Below, one piece after another: positions 1-10,389 of a stretch of DNA of 39,591 nt. Both the position numbers and the translations under genes were made by a program. Below the pieces are notes generated by a model. The model did no database searches. It was not told where the DNA came from and saw only the letters and a list, made by a program, of their open reading frames with translations. The stretch comes from Thraustochytrium aureum (taxonomy: Eukaryota), in assembly GCA_012862495.1 (NCBI GenBank), contig BLSG01000216.1:436814-476404 (forward strand), read 5' to 3'. How positions within the stretch are numbered: position 1 is the first letter of the stretch; each line of letters starts with the position of its first letter.

Positions 1-816
1 GCGGCGTGGAGCCCTACGAGGTGATGCGAGACGGGGTGGAGGGCCTCCACAACTTGGTCCACGTGGGCGTGGGCGGGTTTATGAACAGCGGCATTAGCCC
101 GACGGACCCGATCTTCTACAGCCACCACGCCTTTATCGACAAGATCTGGTGGGACTGGCAGCAGCTTGACGGGGCAAACCGATACGCGTACGTGCTCGGC
201 CAACAAAACGAGAGGCTTCCGGGCTACCCGAACATGACGGTTAGCGACCTGTTCGACACACTTGCATATGCCAGCACCGGGCCGGCTGGGGACCGCCCCA
301 GCGCCGAGGGCTTTCAGCTCAACTCGGCCCAGAACGTCGAGCGTACTACACAGGCGCTCGCAAAGCTACCGACCAGCGAACTAGCCAAGCTGCCGCGAAC
401 CTGCCCAGGGCCCAGTTTCGAGAAGGAGGGCGATTCCCATGTTTTGGAGCCCGGCGACTGACCGCGCGATCGCCTTTTCGGCAAGCCGTGTTGACCAGTC
501 GGTCCCTGGTTCCGGCGCAACCTGCATGAATCTGGAGGCCGTTCGGAAGGCTCTCGGCGGCGCTGGCAATGACCTGGAGCCTACCGCGGCGGCTGGCAGT
601 GCCACGTTTTCTGGCTCGCAAACCGCGCTTGTCGTTGTTGGCTCTGTTGTTGGCCTGGTCGTTGCTGGAGCGGTCGTCGCAGTGGTGCAAAGGCGCCGTG
701 CAATTGCAGCACAGATGCAAGTGCCTGCCCAAGGGCAAGGCCAAGCAGCCGGGTACCCTGGCGGCGGCGCTGCTGTAAACATGGCGGTGAGCAACCCGAT
801 GTACGCGCAGGCCTGA
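1..816 (+). CDS. Tyrosinase-family (type-3 copper) protein, 5' truncated, with C-terminal transmembrane helix; one apparent frameshift near 428-430
   Basis: CuB site HNLVH...GGFM...SPTDPIFYSHHAFIDKIWWDWQ in ORF 6..461. Removing one G from GGG at 428-430 joins it (EKEAIPMFW) to ORF 439..816, which has a hydrophobic helix (LVVVGSVVGLVVAGAVVAVV), then RRR and a terminal NPMY. Confidence 0.85.
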
Positions 817-983
817 CACGGCACACGCTGGGAGTGAGTGAGCAAAAATGATTTCTTCTGCCATGATGTTTCGAATGCTTGCTACTTGCGTACACTTCCC
901 AACTCCCCTGCGCATGGACGCGCTTCCGAGTTGCGAATGGTCAGGAATTCGACGCCTCGCTCCAGGTAGGATTTACTCTTGTG

Positions 984-1252
984 GCTTGCACCAACCAACC
1001 CATGGCCTTGCGGGTCTAAAACCGCCATGCTAGCGCAATGACAGGTTGGGGGGGCGATGCTCTTTCTTAGCCCTTGACGCTCGTGCACGATAAGCTCTAC
1101 ATGCTTTGGTCGTGAACGCTTGCACCAACCAACCCATGGCCTTGCGGGTCTAAAACCGCCATGCTAGCGCAATGACAGGTTGGGGGGGGCGATGCTCTTT
1201 CTTAGCCCTTGACGCTCGTGCACGATAAGCTCTGCATGCTTTGGTCGTGAAC
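984..1252. repeat. Tandem duplication of a ~134-bp unit (984-1117, 1118-1252)
   Basis: Two near-identical copies starting gcttgcaccaaccaacccatgg. They differ by G7 vs G8 and tctacatg vs tctgcatg. Confidence 0.95.
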
Positions 1253-2104
1253 GGCAGAGTCGCCAAGCTCGCGAGCCGTCGCTCTCGGTGAACTGACAAG
1301 CGCTTCGGCCATGGCGCGACCTGTAGCCAGAAACACGAGCACTGATTCAAGCGGGAGCCAGGTTTTCCGGTTGCTTTCTTCGAACCCAAAGTCCGTCACG
1401 GGCCCGACAAGCATGTGCATGTGAAGGTACCCGACGCTCGGCTCGACGTGAAAGCCAAATTGGACGTTTTTCTCGGAGAGCCAATAGTCCAGGCTCCGGC
1501 CCTTGAGCTCCTCCGCGGCCATGTTGGCGTACTTGTCCACAAACCATGAGCGGTTCGTCCTGAGAAAATGGAGGCCGGCGCTCTTCATGCGCAGAAGAAG
1601 CGCTAAATCACTCGGGGTCAGATCAAACGCCCAACGAATGGGCCCATCTTGCCTGTCAATAGCAACACTATACGAGGGAATGAGGAGGAGATGGTACAAG
1701 CGGCACATGTCTTTGCCGCCAACGCCCTGGAATCCAAGCACGGCGTCGTCCTTGACGAGCACACGACGCGGCGCAGACTCGTACGAAGGCCCGGGGAGCG
1801 CGGTACCCTGGGCTATGGGCACGAAAACCTTTTCGCCAATCATCAGCGCTCGCTCTGAGAGCTTGGCATCCTTAGGGGACCATACGCCTGCGTACTTGCC
1901 GCTCTTGCACGCTGTGCTCGATTCTTGGTCTGCGCCGCACGCCCGATCGCCCGCTTCGAGTTTAACCACCGTGCTTGGAACCGACTGCGCGCCAAGGGCG
2001 CACAGGCACTGCAATGGCTCGCCTGCAGGCTCGTCCAGTTTCGCGACCGCTAGAGTATCGGCTTTCGAGCCTGCCATACCTGCCTTGGTCTTGCTGAGCG
2101 CCAT
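1202..2104 (-). CDS. HIT-superfamily nucleotide hydrolase (DcpS C-terminal / aprataxin / HINT3-like)
   Basis: 300-aa ATG-initiated ORF with HLLLIP and FGFHVEPSVGYLHMHML, resembling the GFHxxPSxxHLHLH signature. Includes DLALLLRMKSAG, similar to the DcpS_C/HINT3 helix. Confidence 0.7.
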   Translation of the reverse strand: MALSKTKAGMAGSKADTLAVAKLDEPAGEPLQCLCALGAQSVPSTVVKLEAGDRACGADQESSTACKSGKYAGVWSPKDAKLSERALMIGEKVFVPIAQGTALPGPSYESAPRRVLVKDDAVLGFQGVGGKDMCRLYHLLLIPSYSVAIDRQDGPIRWAFDLTPSDLALLLRMKSAGLHFLRTNRSWFVDKYANMAAEELKGRSLDYWLSEKNVQFGFHVEPSVGYLHMHMLVGPVTDFGFEESNRKTWLPLESVLVFLATGRAMAEALVSSPRATARELGDSAVHDQSMQSLSCTSVKG

Positions 2105-3338
2105 CGTCGCAACAGCCTTTCTCAGTTTTGCGAGCGCCCTGAAAAGGGCTTTACGAACGCGAGTTATTTTGCCCTTGTTGCTTCCGCCCTTGCGCAGTTG
2201 CTGCAGATGCTTGTGCTAGTCGTTGTGATTGATGCGCACTCGCGAATGGTGTCTGCTGCAGCGGTCAAACAGGCGCTCGGCAAGGCCGCCTTGGCCAATC
2301 TGGTCTGATCGACCCCTTGCACGTTATTGCTCGTACGCCGGAGCACCGATTCAGTGAGTGGCGCAACGCGGGAGTACATCACATCCTGAGTCACGCCATC
2401 ATCACCATCATCATCATGAGTGACGAGGTGAGCCACGTGACTGTGACCCGGAGCCTCGGAGGTAGATATACTCGAAGCGCGCGTCTGCCGGTGTGATTCA
2501 CGATGAGAGCAACGCGATCGATTGTTGTCTCAGCAAGGCGCAACGCGTTCGGCGAAGAACACGTTCGCCGAAGTCGGACACGTCGGCCAGTGTCACTCCA
2601 GTCACGGTCTCCAGTCACGGCCACCGCTCGCACGAGTCACGGTAGCGTACCCTCGTACGACGCTCTGCCAGGAAAGTCGCTCCTGCACTCCAAAGTAACG
2701 CCGCAATCCAGGATGCGCCGTCCTGCCGATAGGGCGCTACGAGCGTACGGTTGAAAAAGCGGACTTTAAACGGACGCAGCGCGAGGTGCATGTGCCCTGC
2801 GGCGCTTGTGGTGCTCCAAGCAGCCCCACCAACGTGTGCAGGACGCGAGGCTTACGCAGAGCTGCAAGGTCCCCGCGAGCGCAGCTGGACAGGAGCAGCG
2901 CGCAGGAGGCGGAGAAGACAGGAAGCGGCTCAGCAANNNNNNNNNNNNNNNNNNNNNNNNNNNNNNNNNNNNNNNNNNNNNNNNNNNNNNNNNNNNNNNN
3001 NNNNNNNNNNNNNNNNNNNNNNNNNNNNNNNNNNNNNNNNNNNNNNNNNNNNNNNNNNNNNNNNNNNNNNNNNNNNNNNNNNNNNNNNNNNNNNNNNNNN
3101 NNNNNNNNNNNNNNNNNNNNNNNNNNNNNNNNNNNNNNNNNNNNNNNNNNNNNNNNNNNNNNNNNNNNNNNNNNNNNNNNNNNNNNNNNNNNNNNNNNNN
3201 NNNNNNNNNNNNNNNNNNNNNNNNNNNNNNNNNNNNNNNNNNNNNNNNNNNNNNNNNNNNNNNNNNNNNNNNNNNNNNNNNNNNNNNNNNNNNNNNNNNN
3301 NNNNNNNNNNNNNNNNNNNNNNNNNNNNNNNNNNNGGC

Positions 3339-5544
3339 ATGGGCCTGCAAGCGGCTGTGCGGCGCATCGCCGTCGCGCAGCAGCTGCGGCGGCCCGCCGC
3401 TGCTGCTGGCCTCAAGTGGGGCACGAGGTCGCTCGCGAGCAAGGCTGGCGCCGGCCAGGATGCCCGGTTCAAGAGCACCGTCGCGGCGCCTGCGACGGCA
3501 GAGGCGGCCGAGCAGGACGACAGCAGGTTCATTGGGATGACGGGCGCGGAGATCTTCCACGAGATGATGCGCGAGCACAAGGTGGACACGGTGTTCGGCT
3601 ACCCGGGCGGCGCCATTCTGCCCGTGTTCGACGCCATCTACGAGAGCAAGTACTTCAACTTCATCCTGAGCCGCCACGAGCAAGGTGCCGGCCACATGGC
3701 CGAGGGGTACGCCCGGGCCACGGGCAAGCCCGGCATTGTGCTGGTCACCTCCGGCCCTGGCGCCACCAACACGGTGACCCCGCTCATGGACGCGATGATG
3801 GACGGCACGCCCCTGATCGTGTTTACCGGACAGGTCCCCACTGCTGCGATCGGCACGGACGCGTTCCAGGAAGCCGACGTGGTCGGCATCACGCGTGCCT
3901 GCACCAAGTGGAACGTGCTGGTCAAGGACGTCAAGGAGCTCCCGCGGCGCATCAACGAGGCCTTTGAGATCGCCACGAGCGGCCGCCCTGGCCCCGTGCT
4001 CGTCGACCTCCCCAAGGATGTGACCGCCGTCAAACTGACCACAAAGCCCGACTCGTCGCCGCAGATCGCGGTGCGCATGAAGCAAAAGGTCGAAATCTTC
4101 CACCGCGAGCGCGTCGGCAGCCCCGGCGAGGACGACTACAAGCTGATCGGCGAGATGATCAACGCCGCCAAAAAGCCCATCGTCTACTGCGGCCAGGGCC
4201 TCGTCCAGTCTTCCGGGAACGGGCCCGCCCTGCTCAAGGAGCTTGCGGAGCGCGGCAACATCCCCGTCACGACCACGCTGCAGGGCATGGGCGCTTTCGA
4301 CGAGCGCAGCCCGCTTTCTCTCAAGATGCTCGGCATGCACGGAGCGGCCTTCGCCAACTATGCCATCCAGGACGCCGACCTCATCCTTGCGCTCGGCGCC
4401 CGGTTTGACGACCGCGTCACTGGCCGCGTCGACACGTTCGCACCCGAGGCCAAGCGCGCTGAACGCGAGGGGCGCGGCGGCATTGTGCACTTTGAGATCA
4501 GCCCCAAGAACCTGCACAAGGTGATCAACCCGACCGTGGCCGTTCTCGGAGACGTTGCTGAGAACCTGGCCGCGGTTCTGCCGTACGTCGAGTACCGCGA
4601 GCGCGAGCCCTGGTTTGCCAAGATCGCGGACTGGAAGGCCAAGCACCCGTTCCACCACGTCCCGTCGACGGGCGACGAAGTCCTCAAGCCGCAGCAGGTC
4701 ATCGCCGAGCTGAACCGCCAGCTCCTCGAGATCCAGGACACCAAGGGCACCGAAGTGTTTCTCTCGCAGGGCGTCGGTGCGCACCAGATGTGGGCAGCTC
4801 AGTACATCACCTGGACCAAGCCGCGCCAGGTGATCACCTCGGGCGGCGCAGGGACGATGGGCTATGGCCTCCCCGCTGCCATCGGCGCAAAGGTTGCGCG
4901 GCCCGACGCCATCGTGATCGACATCGACGGTGACGCCTCGTACTGCATGACTGGCATGGAGCTTCTGACCGCCGTCCAGTTCAACATTGGCGTCAAGGCG
5001 CTGATCCTGAACAACGACTTCCAGGGCATGGTCAAGCAGTGGCAGACGCTCTTNNNNNNNNNNNNNNNNNNNNNNNNNNNNNNNNNNNNNNNNNNNNNNN
5101 NNNNNNNNNNNNNNNNNNNNNNNNNNNNNNNNNNNNNNNNNNNNNNNNNNNNNNNNNNNNNNNNNNNNNNNNNNNNNNNNNNNNNNNNNNNNNNNNNNNN
5201 NNNNNNNNNNNNNNNNNNNNNNNNNNNNNNNNNNNNNNNNNNNNNNNNNNNNNNNNNNNNNNNNNNNNNNNNNNNNNNNNNNNNNNNTTACGACAAGCGC
5301 TACTCGGGCACCGAGATGGTCAACCCGCGGTTTCGACAAGCTCGCGGAGGCGATGGGGGCCAAGGGCCTTTACGTCAACAAGGAGGCCGACCTTGCGCGT
5401 GTGATCAAGGAGTTCATCGACTACCCCGGGCCGGTCGTGCTCGAGGCCTTTGTGGACAAGCGCGAGCACGTGTTTCCCATGATGCCAGCTGGCGGGAGCC
5501 TTAGCGACATGATCCTCGGCCACGAGGAACCCAAGGAGGCTTAG
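3339..5544 (+). CDS. ALS: Acetolactate synthase (acetohydroxyacid synthase) catalytic subunit, mitochondrial precursor; N gap 5054-5287 and apparent frameshift near 5331-5333
   Basis: VFGYPGGAILP, RHEQGAGHMAEGYAR, TSGPGATN, GQVP...GTDAFQE, RFDDRVTG, ThDP motif DIDGDAS...LNN, GMVKQWQ. The C-terminus (MGAKG...HVFPMMPAGG) is in ORF 5353..5544. The N-terminus is Arg/Ala-rich like a presequence. Confidence 0.97.
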
Positions 5545-5860
5545 ATTGGCAGACAACCTAGCGCGATTCTGCTCTACCGGGACAGAGAGGCGGCCGTCGG
5601 GCAACACCACGCACAATCCAAGTCGGCCGGAAAAAAAAGCACACAGAATTATAAAGTAAAAGACTTGATGCGTCGCCATCTTGTTTGGTGCTGCGGCGCA
5701 ACTCGCCAGCCAACCCATCAAGGCAAATCGTGCGGAGGCGACACCTCGGCTCTCTCCTCGGCTCTCTCTAGAGGAGAGACCGGCTCGAGTGGGCGCCGCT
5801 TCGAGCGGTGCCGAGATTGCACTGCGCCCCGCAGCGCCAGCGATGTGCTTCGAGTTAGGT

Positions 5861-6661
5861 CTAACGCGCGCCAAGGCAGCCGCGACCGCCATCGACCGTC
5901 AAGTGCGTACCCGTGACAAAGTCCGACTTTGAGCTGTCGGCCAAGAACAAGATCGCCTCGGCAACCTCCTCCGGCTCCGCAACGCGGCCCAGTGGGTGCG
6001 TAATCGTCACGCTCCGCTCGAGGAACGCTGCGTATTGCTCCTCGCTGAGGCCACCACGCTTTTGAAGCTCGCTCCGCGTCACGCCAGGGTTGACGCTGTT
6101 GACACGGATGCTCTGCGGCGCAAGGTCGACGGCGGCGCAGTCAGTGAGCATGTCTACAGCGGCCTTTGAAGCGCAGTAGGCTGCGCAACCGCCAAAGCTC
6201 CGGAGCCCGTTGATCGACGACACGTTGACAATTGCGGCGGTCGGTTCGCCTTTGGGCCTGGCCATGAAGGGCGCCGCGGTGGTCATCAGGCAAAACACGC
6301 TTCGTGCGTTCGTGGACATGTTAAAGTCAAAGTTCTCCATGTCCACCGTGCCGATGGCGCCGCCGCGGAGGACCCCGGCGCAGTTTACCAAGATATCAAG
6401 CCGCCCGTCTGCACCGAGCTCGACGCCCTCGCGCACGATTCGCGCGACGTCTTCGTCCTTCGTGACATCTGCAACGATGCACTTCACCTTGGCGGAGTCG
6501 CCATGCGCAGTGCGTATGGCGGCCGCGACGTCTTCGAGCGCTTTTGCGTTTCGCCCCGTTATGGCCACGGCGCACCCTTGCTTCGCCAGGAGCTTTGCTG
6601 TCGCTGCCCCAATCCCTGAGCTAGCCCCGGTCACAACCGCCAGTCTCCCTGCCAAGCCCAT
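5861..6661 (-). CDS. Classical short-chain dehydrogenase/reductase (FabG-like)
   Basis: VTGASSGIG, DILVNCAG, IVNVSS, YCASK catalytic motif, IRVNSVNPG, VTGTHLTVDGG. First ATG at 6661. Confidence 0.93.
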   Translation of the reverse strand: MGLAGRLAVVTGASSGIGAATAKLLAKQGCAVAITGRNAKALEDVAAAIRTAHGDSAKVKCIVADVTKDEDVARIVREGVELGADGRLDILVNCAGVLRGGAIGTVDMENFDFNMSTNARSVFCLMTTAAPFMARPKGEPTAAIVNVSSINGLRSFGGCAAYCASKAAVDMLTDCAAVDLAPQSIRVNSVNPGVTRSELQKRGGLSEEQYAAFLERSVTITHPLGRVAEPEEVAEAILFLADSSKSDFVTGTHLTVDGGRGCLGAR

Positions 6662-6835
6662 CCTGCCTCTCAAGCCTCCCTTCTCCGCAGCAAGCGCCGG
6701 CTGTTTCAGGCCGGTCCTGGAGGCCAACTTTGGCTAGCTACCTTCGCGTCGGCGTGTCCGAGTGCCAAACGCCGCGCAGACTTCACGCACAGTCGGTGGA
6801 TTGGCCTTGGCCCGCGCCAAATGGCCTCTCCAATG

Positions 6836-6836
6836 G

Positions 6837-6868
<32 letters not shown>

Positions 6869-6869
6869 C
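6836..6869. repeat. (GCCT)8 microsatellite upstream of the SDR
   Basis: gcctgcctgcct... read directly. Confidence 0.95.
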
Positions 6870-8398
6870 ACCGCCGCGCACGGCTCGGCAATCGCACTCG
6901 ACTGCGCAGAATCCAACGGGACGCAAGACTCGGCATGACGGATCATCATGGACGAAAATGATCGCCGAGCCTGACTCCGCTCGGTGGACGCTTTGCGCCA
7001 GCTGCGACGAGTGTGCCAGTGTTCGTGCGCGGCCCTGTGACCGACGTCCTCGTGTCCACACGTTGATGCCCGCTCATCTCTCGATGATCATCAGCAACGC
7101 GATTGGTCGATCTGGCATGATCCGATGGCAGACAGACCCGCAACGCGATGCCGCAACAGGTGCCGCACCGGTGAGTCGTGAGCCGCCTAGGCCGCACGGA
7201 CAGGCGCGGTAGCCCGGGCATGATGACCCTCCTGGTGCTCGGCTGACGGCGCTGGAGGCGCTCGACCTGGCTGGCTCCAGCAAGGGTAAGTAAGCGACGC
7301 TGGTCGGTGGAAGCAGGGCGAGGGCGAGGCGGGGCCGGGTAGGGCAGCGCAGCGCCTATGACGAACACATAACTCTCTTGCTGAACTGCATGATGAATAA
7401 CCCAATGGATCCATCGGAGGCCATGGCTGCGGAGGGGTGGATTGGGAAAGGTTGCGCCGTGGCTGGGCGGCTGTGAACCGTGCAACGTTGTGTGGGGCGT
7501 CGTGTGCCGAGATGACCAAATTCAATAGTTTCAGCCTTGTCTGAACGTACGTGATGAGAACTCGTATTTAAGACTACGATGGCCTGAGCACACAGCCCCA
7601 CCCACAACTGCACGTTGATCCGCCCGCGACACTCGCTGCGGCTTCGCTTTGAATCTCGTCGCAAGCGGGCGACGGGGACTTGCGCAGGCGTTAAAGGACG
7701 GAGGGAGCCGCTTCGGATCATCGCTAACGCCAGTTGTGCAAATGTAGTCTGGCGCTTCGTCACGCGTGGCGCTCCAGCGAGCTCGCACCTTGGAAAGGCC
7801 CAGGTCTCCTTCAGTCCATTGAGGAAAAGCAAACACCTCGCCCCGACATCATCTCGAGCATCGGCATGCGGGCGAGGAGCATTTCTCGGCAGGAGCAGCC
7901 TAGCCTGCCCGTCCTGTAGGCATTTGAGCCGGTTCGCGCGGTGTTGGACGCCGCCGCCGCGCTGCATGTAGCATAGTACAAAAGAACAGTTCGTGCATTG
8001 TTCCTTGGGCAACTTCCGTTGGAGCCGTTNNNNNNNNNNNNNNNNNNNNNNNNNNNNNNNNNNNNNNNNNNNNNNNNNNNNNNNNNNNNNNNNNNNNNNN
8101 NNNNNNNNNNNNNNNNNNNNNNNNNNNNNNNNNNNNNNNNNNNNNNNNNNNNNNNNNNNNNNNNNNNNNNNNNNNNNNNNNNNNNNNNNNNNNNNNNNNN
8201 NNNNNNNNNNNNNNNNNNNNNNNNNNNNNNNNNNNNNNNNNNNNNNNNNNNNNNNNNGGGGATCGGACTCATCGCTAGAACAATGAGCGAGCTCGCACTG
8301 TGCGGCACTCTCTAGCCCTGCCTGCCTTCTTCGCTGCGCGCCCGCTTGGCTTTGCGCGAATTGGGCATGAAGAATCAAAGGCTCAACGACTCCGGGGC

Positions 8399-8470
8399 GC
8401 AATTGCCTTCATGGAGATGGAAAATTTTGCAGCCGCAATTGCCTTCATGGAGATGGAAAATTTTGCAGCC
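8399..8470. repeat. Perfect 36-bp tandem duplication
   Basis: gcaattgccttcatggagatggaaaattttgcagcc x2. Confidence 0.95.
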
Positions 8471-8745
8471 GTTCCTTGACGAAAGAAAGCGCCGGGGCAA
8501 TCGGCGTTGCACGCCGACGACCAGCAATGACGCATTGCGTGGCGTCGGAAAGCAGCACGTTTCGCGTCGAAGAACTTTCGCAACCCGTTGGTTTGTTTCC
8601 CTGCAAGCAGCAGTTCCGAGTTGCCCTCGGTTGCTGGAGGCGCAGGACACCGAGACAAGACCCGCAAGGGCCGGAGCCGGCCAGAGCGTGGCAAGCAAGC
8701 AAGTAGACCCGAGCGCGAGGCGAAGCAGCGGGGGAGGCGAGAGAT

Positions 8746-9321
8746 GTGGGACTCAGAGGCCGACAAGTATTGGAAGGAGAAGGAAAAAGGCAAAAGCGCC
8801 GCGCAGACCTGCAAAGAAAGGCAGGTCTGGCAGCCGTCGTGGTGTTCTCAGTGGTTGTCTTGGCGCGTTGGGTGTTTGCAGTTCCTCCCGACGCGGCTCC
8901 AAGCGCTGTCACTGTCAATAATACAGTGCCTGAATTCGTCATCCCCCAGGAATATCTCCAAACGTGCCGCAATGAGTGCCGCCTCAAAGCCATCGACCAT
9001 TGCAACAACGCGTGCAGGTTTTCCCACCAGGAGATGCCGCGCCCGACTGTCTTTCGGGCTTGCCAAGCCCCTTGTGTGCGGGTGGCTCACACAATGTGCG
9101 ACACGGGCACGCACTCGCTGACGTCGGTCCGCAGAATATGTCGGGTCAGTGCAGACAACTTGGTCTTTCACACCTGCAAAGCATACGAGAATGAGCTGCC
9201 TCGGCCTCGAATCCAACAAGTCTGCAATGTTGGTGCGAGGAGCGGCGGGCCGTTTTCTTGCAGCGAAGCGAGCCGATGTCTCAAGTCTGCCATCGATGCG
9301 CACGAAGAAGCAAGGCCGTGA
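8746..9321 (+). CDS. Small Cys-rich secreted or type II membrane protein of unknown function; true start unresolved
   Basis: Hydrophobic segment AGLAAVVVFSVVVLARWVFA, an NNT sequon, 12 Cys, and two C-x5-E-[ML]-PRP-x5-C repeats. There is no in-frame ATG before the hydrophobic segment. An ATG at 8744 is in another frame, implying an intron or a frameshift. Confidence 0.6.
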   Translation: MGLRGRQVLEGEGKRQKRRADLQRKAGLAAVVVFSVVVLARWVFAVPPDAAPSAVTVNNTVPEFVIPQEYLQTCRNECRLKAIDHCNNACRFSHQEMPRPTVFRACQAPCVRVAHTMCDTGTHSLTSVRRICRVSADNLVFHTCKAYENELPRPRIQQVCNVGARSGGPFSCSEASRCLKSAIDAHEEARP

Positions 9322-10389
9322 CCTGGTGGACACGAGCTGATCTTTGCTGAGGAAGATGGCAGGTTGCTCTCGTTTTAGACCGGGGAAGGGGCGGGCGGCA
9401 CCGGAGTTGGTATTTCTTTGTGCTGGATGCTGGCCTTCTGTTTTGTCTAATTGCGAGCCACCGAGTCCGCCGGGCGGACGAATGACAGTGCGGTGGGCCC
9501 GACTATCTCTCCCCACCAGTTCTTTCATCGATCTACGATTCTTCTTATTTATTTCTTTTAAGAATTGTCGTGCTCACGCTTGCTGTGGGCGGCGTGCGTG
9601 CGGAAGAGGTTTGGAAGCGCGAGTTGAAGTTGCACGATGTCTTGCGCGAAGCTGAGCATCAAATCAAGTTTCGTTTTCCTGCCAGCTCCTTTCCAGAAAT
9701 CCGGATGGGCGCGGCTGGGCGCGGCTGGGCACGGCGGGATCGCCTTGGACTGAGCTTCAGTGTCGCTCGCCTGCCTCGAAGGCGGTGCATGTACTAGTCG
9801 TCGGATCCTCCTTGGTAGCAGCGATGCGTTGCCGACAACACAGAGGACTCAGAGGACACAGAGGACGACACAGACGGTACGTGTACTAGTAAGTAAAGGC
9901 GTACGTGTGTGCAGGCAGAGCCGGTGAAGAAAGGCAATGCGAGGCCCCAGAAAAGGGGTCTGAACTAATGGAGCAAGTCGAGAGTCTCGCGAGTCGCTCA
10001 GGCCCAAACCCTCGGCCCCAGGTGTTGATCACGTTTTGCACCTCCTTCTTACCACTCTCGCTTTTGGACCGCGACTGAACAACGAACAAGGCGAGCAAGG
10101 TAGAAAGAAAGAAAATTGACTCAGCGCGATGCTCGCGGACGTAGCGCAGACCCCGAACACTCGACGAGCGAGCACGCCACGCAGGGCAGTTGTTGGTCTG
10201 AGGAGCGTAGCGCAGCAGCTTGCAGAGAGCACAGCAGGCTCGGTTGGCCGCGTGCGCCTGGCGGCTCTCGCGTTCGAGCGCCAGCGCCTTGGGTGTCCTT
10301 GGTGATTCGTGCAACGCACTTTTGGAGCGCCTTCATTCTGCGTCGAGACGTTGTCGTCGGCTCGGGTGCGACTGCGGCAGCGAGCAAGG

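Noticed and set aside
2766..5363. 865-aa antisense ORF over ALS, and similar antisense ORFs at 10333-11268, 26768-28744 and 1503-2219
   Set aside because: These are shadow ORFs caused by high GC3 codon bias on the coding strand, with no recognisable motifs.
3595..5500. Herbicide-resistance substitutions in ALS
   Set aside because: The motifs carrying the usual hotspots (YPGGA, GQVP, RFDDR, GMVKQW) look wild-type. The Ala in MPAGG is at a naturally variable position.
8399..8470. 36-bp direct repeat as a CRISPR repeat
   Set aside because: The copies are adjacent with no spacer, the context is eukaryotic, and there are no cas genes.
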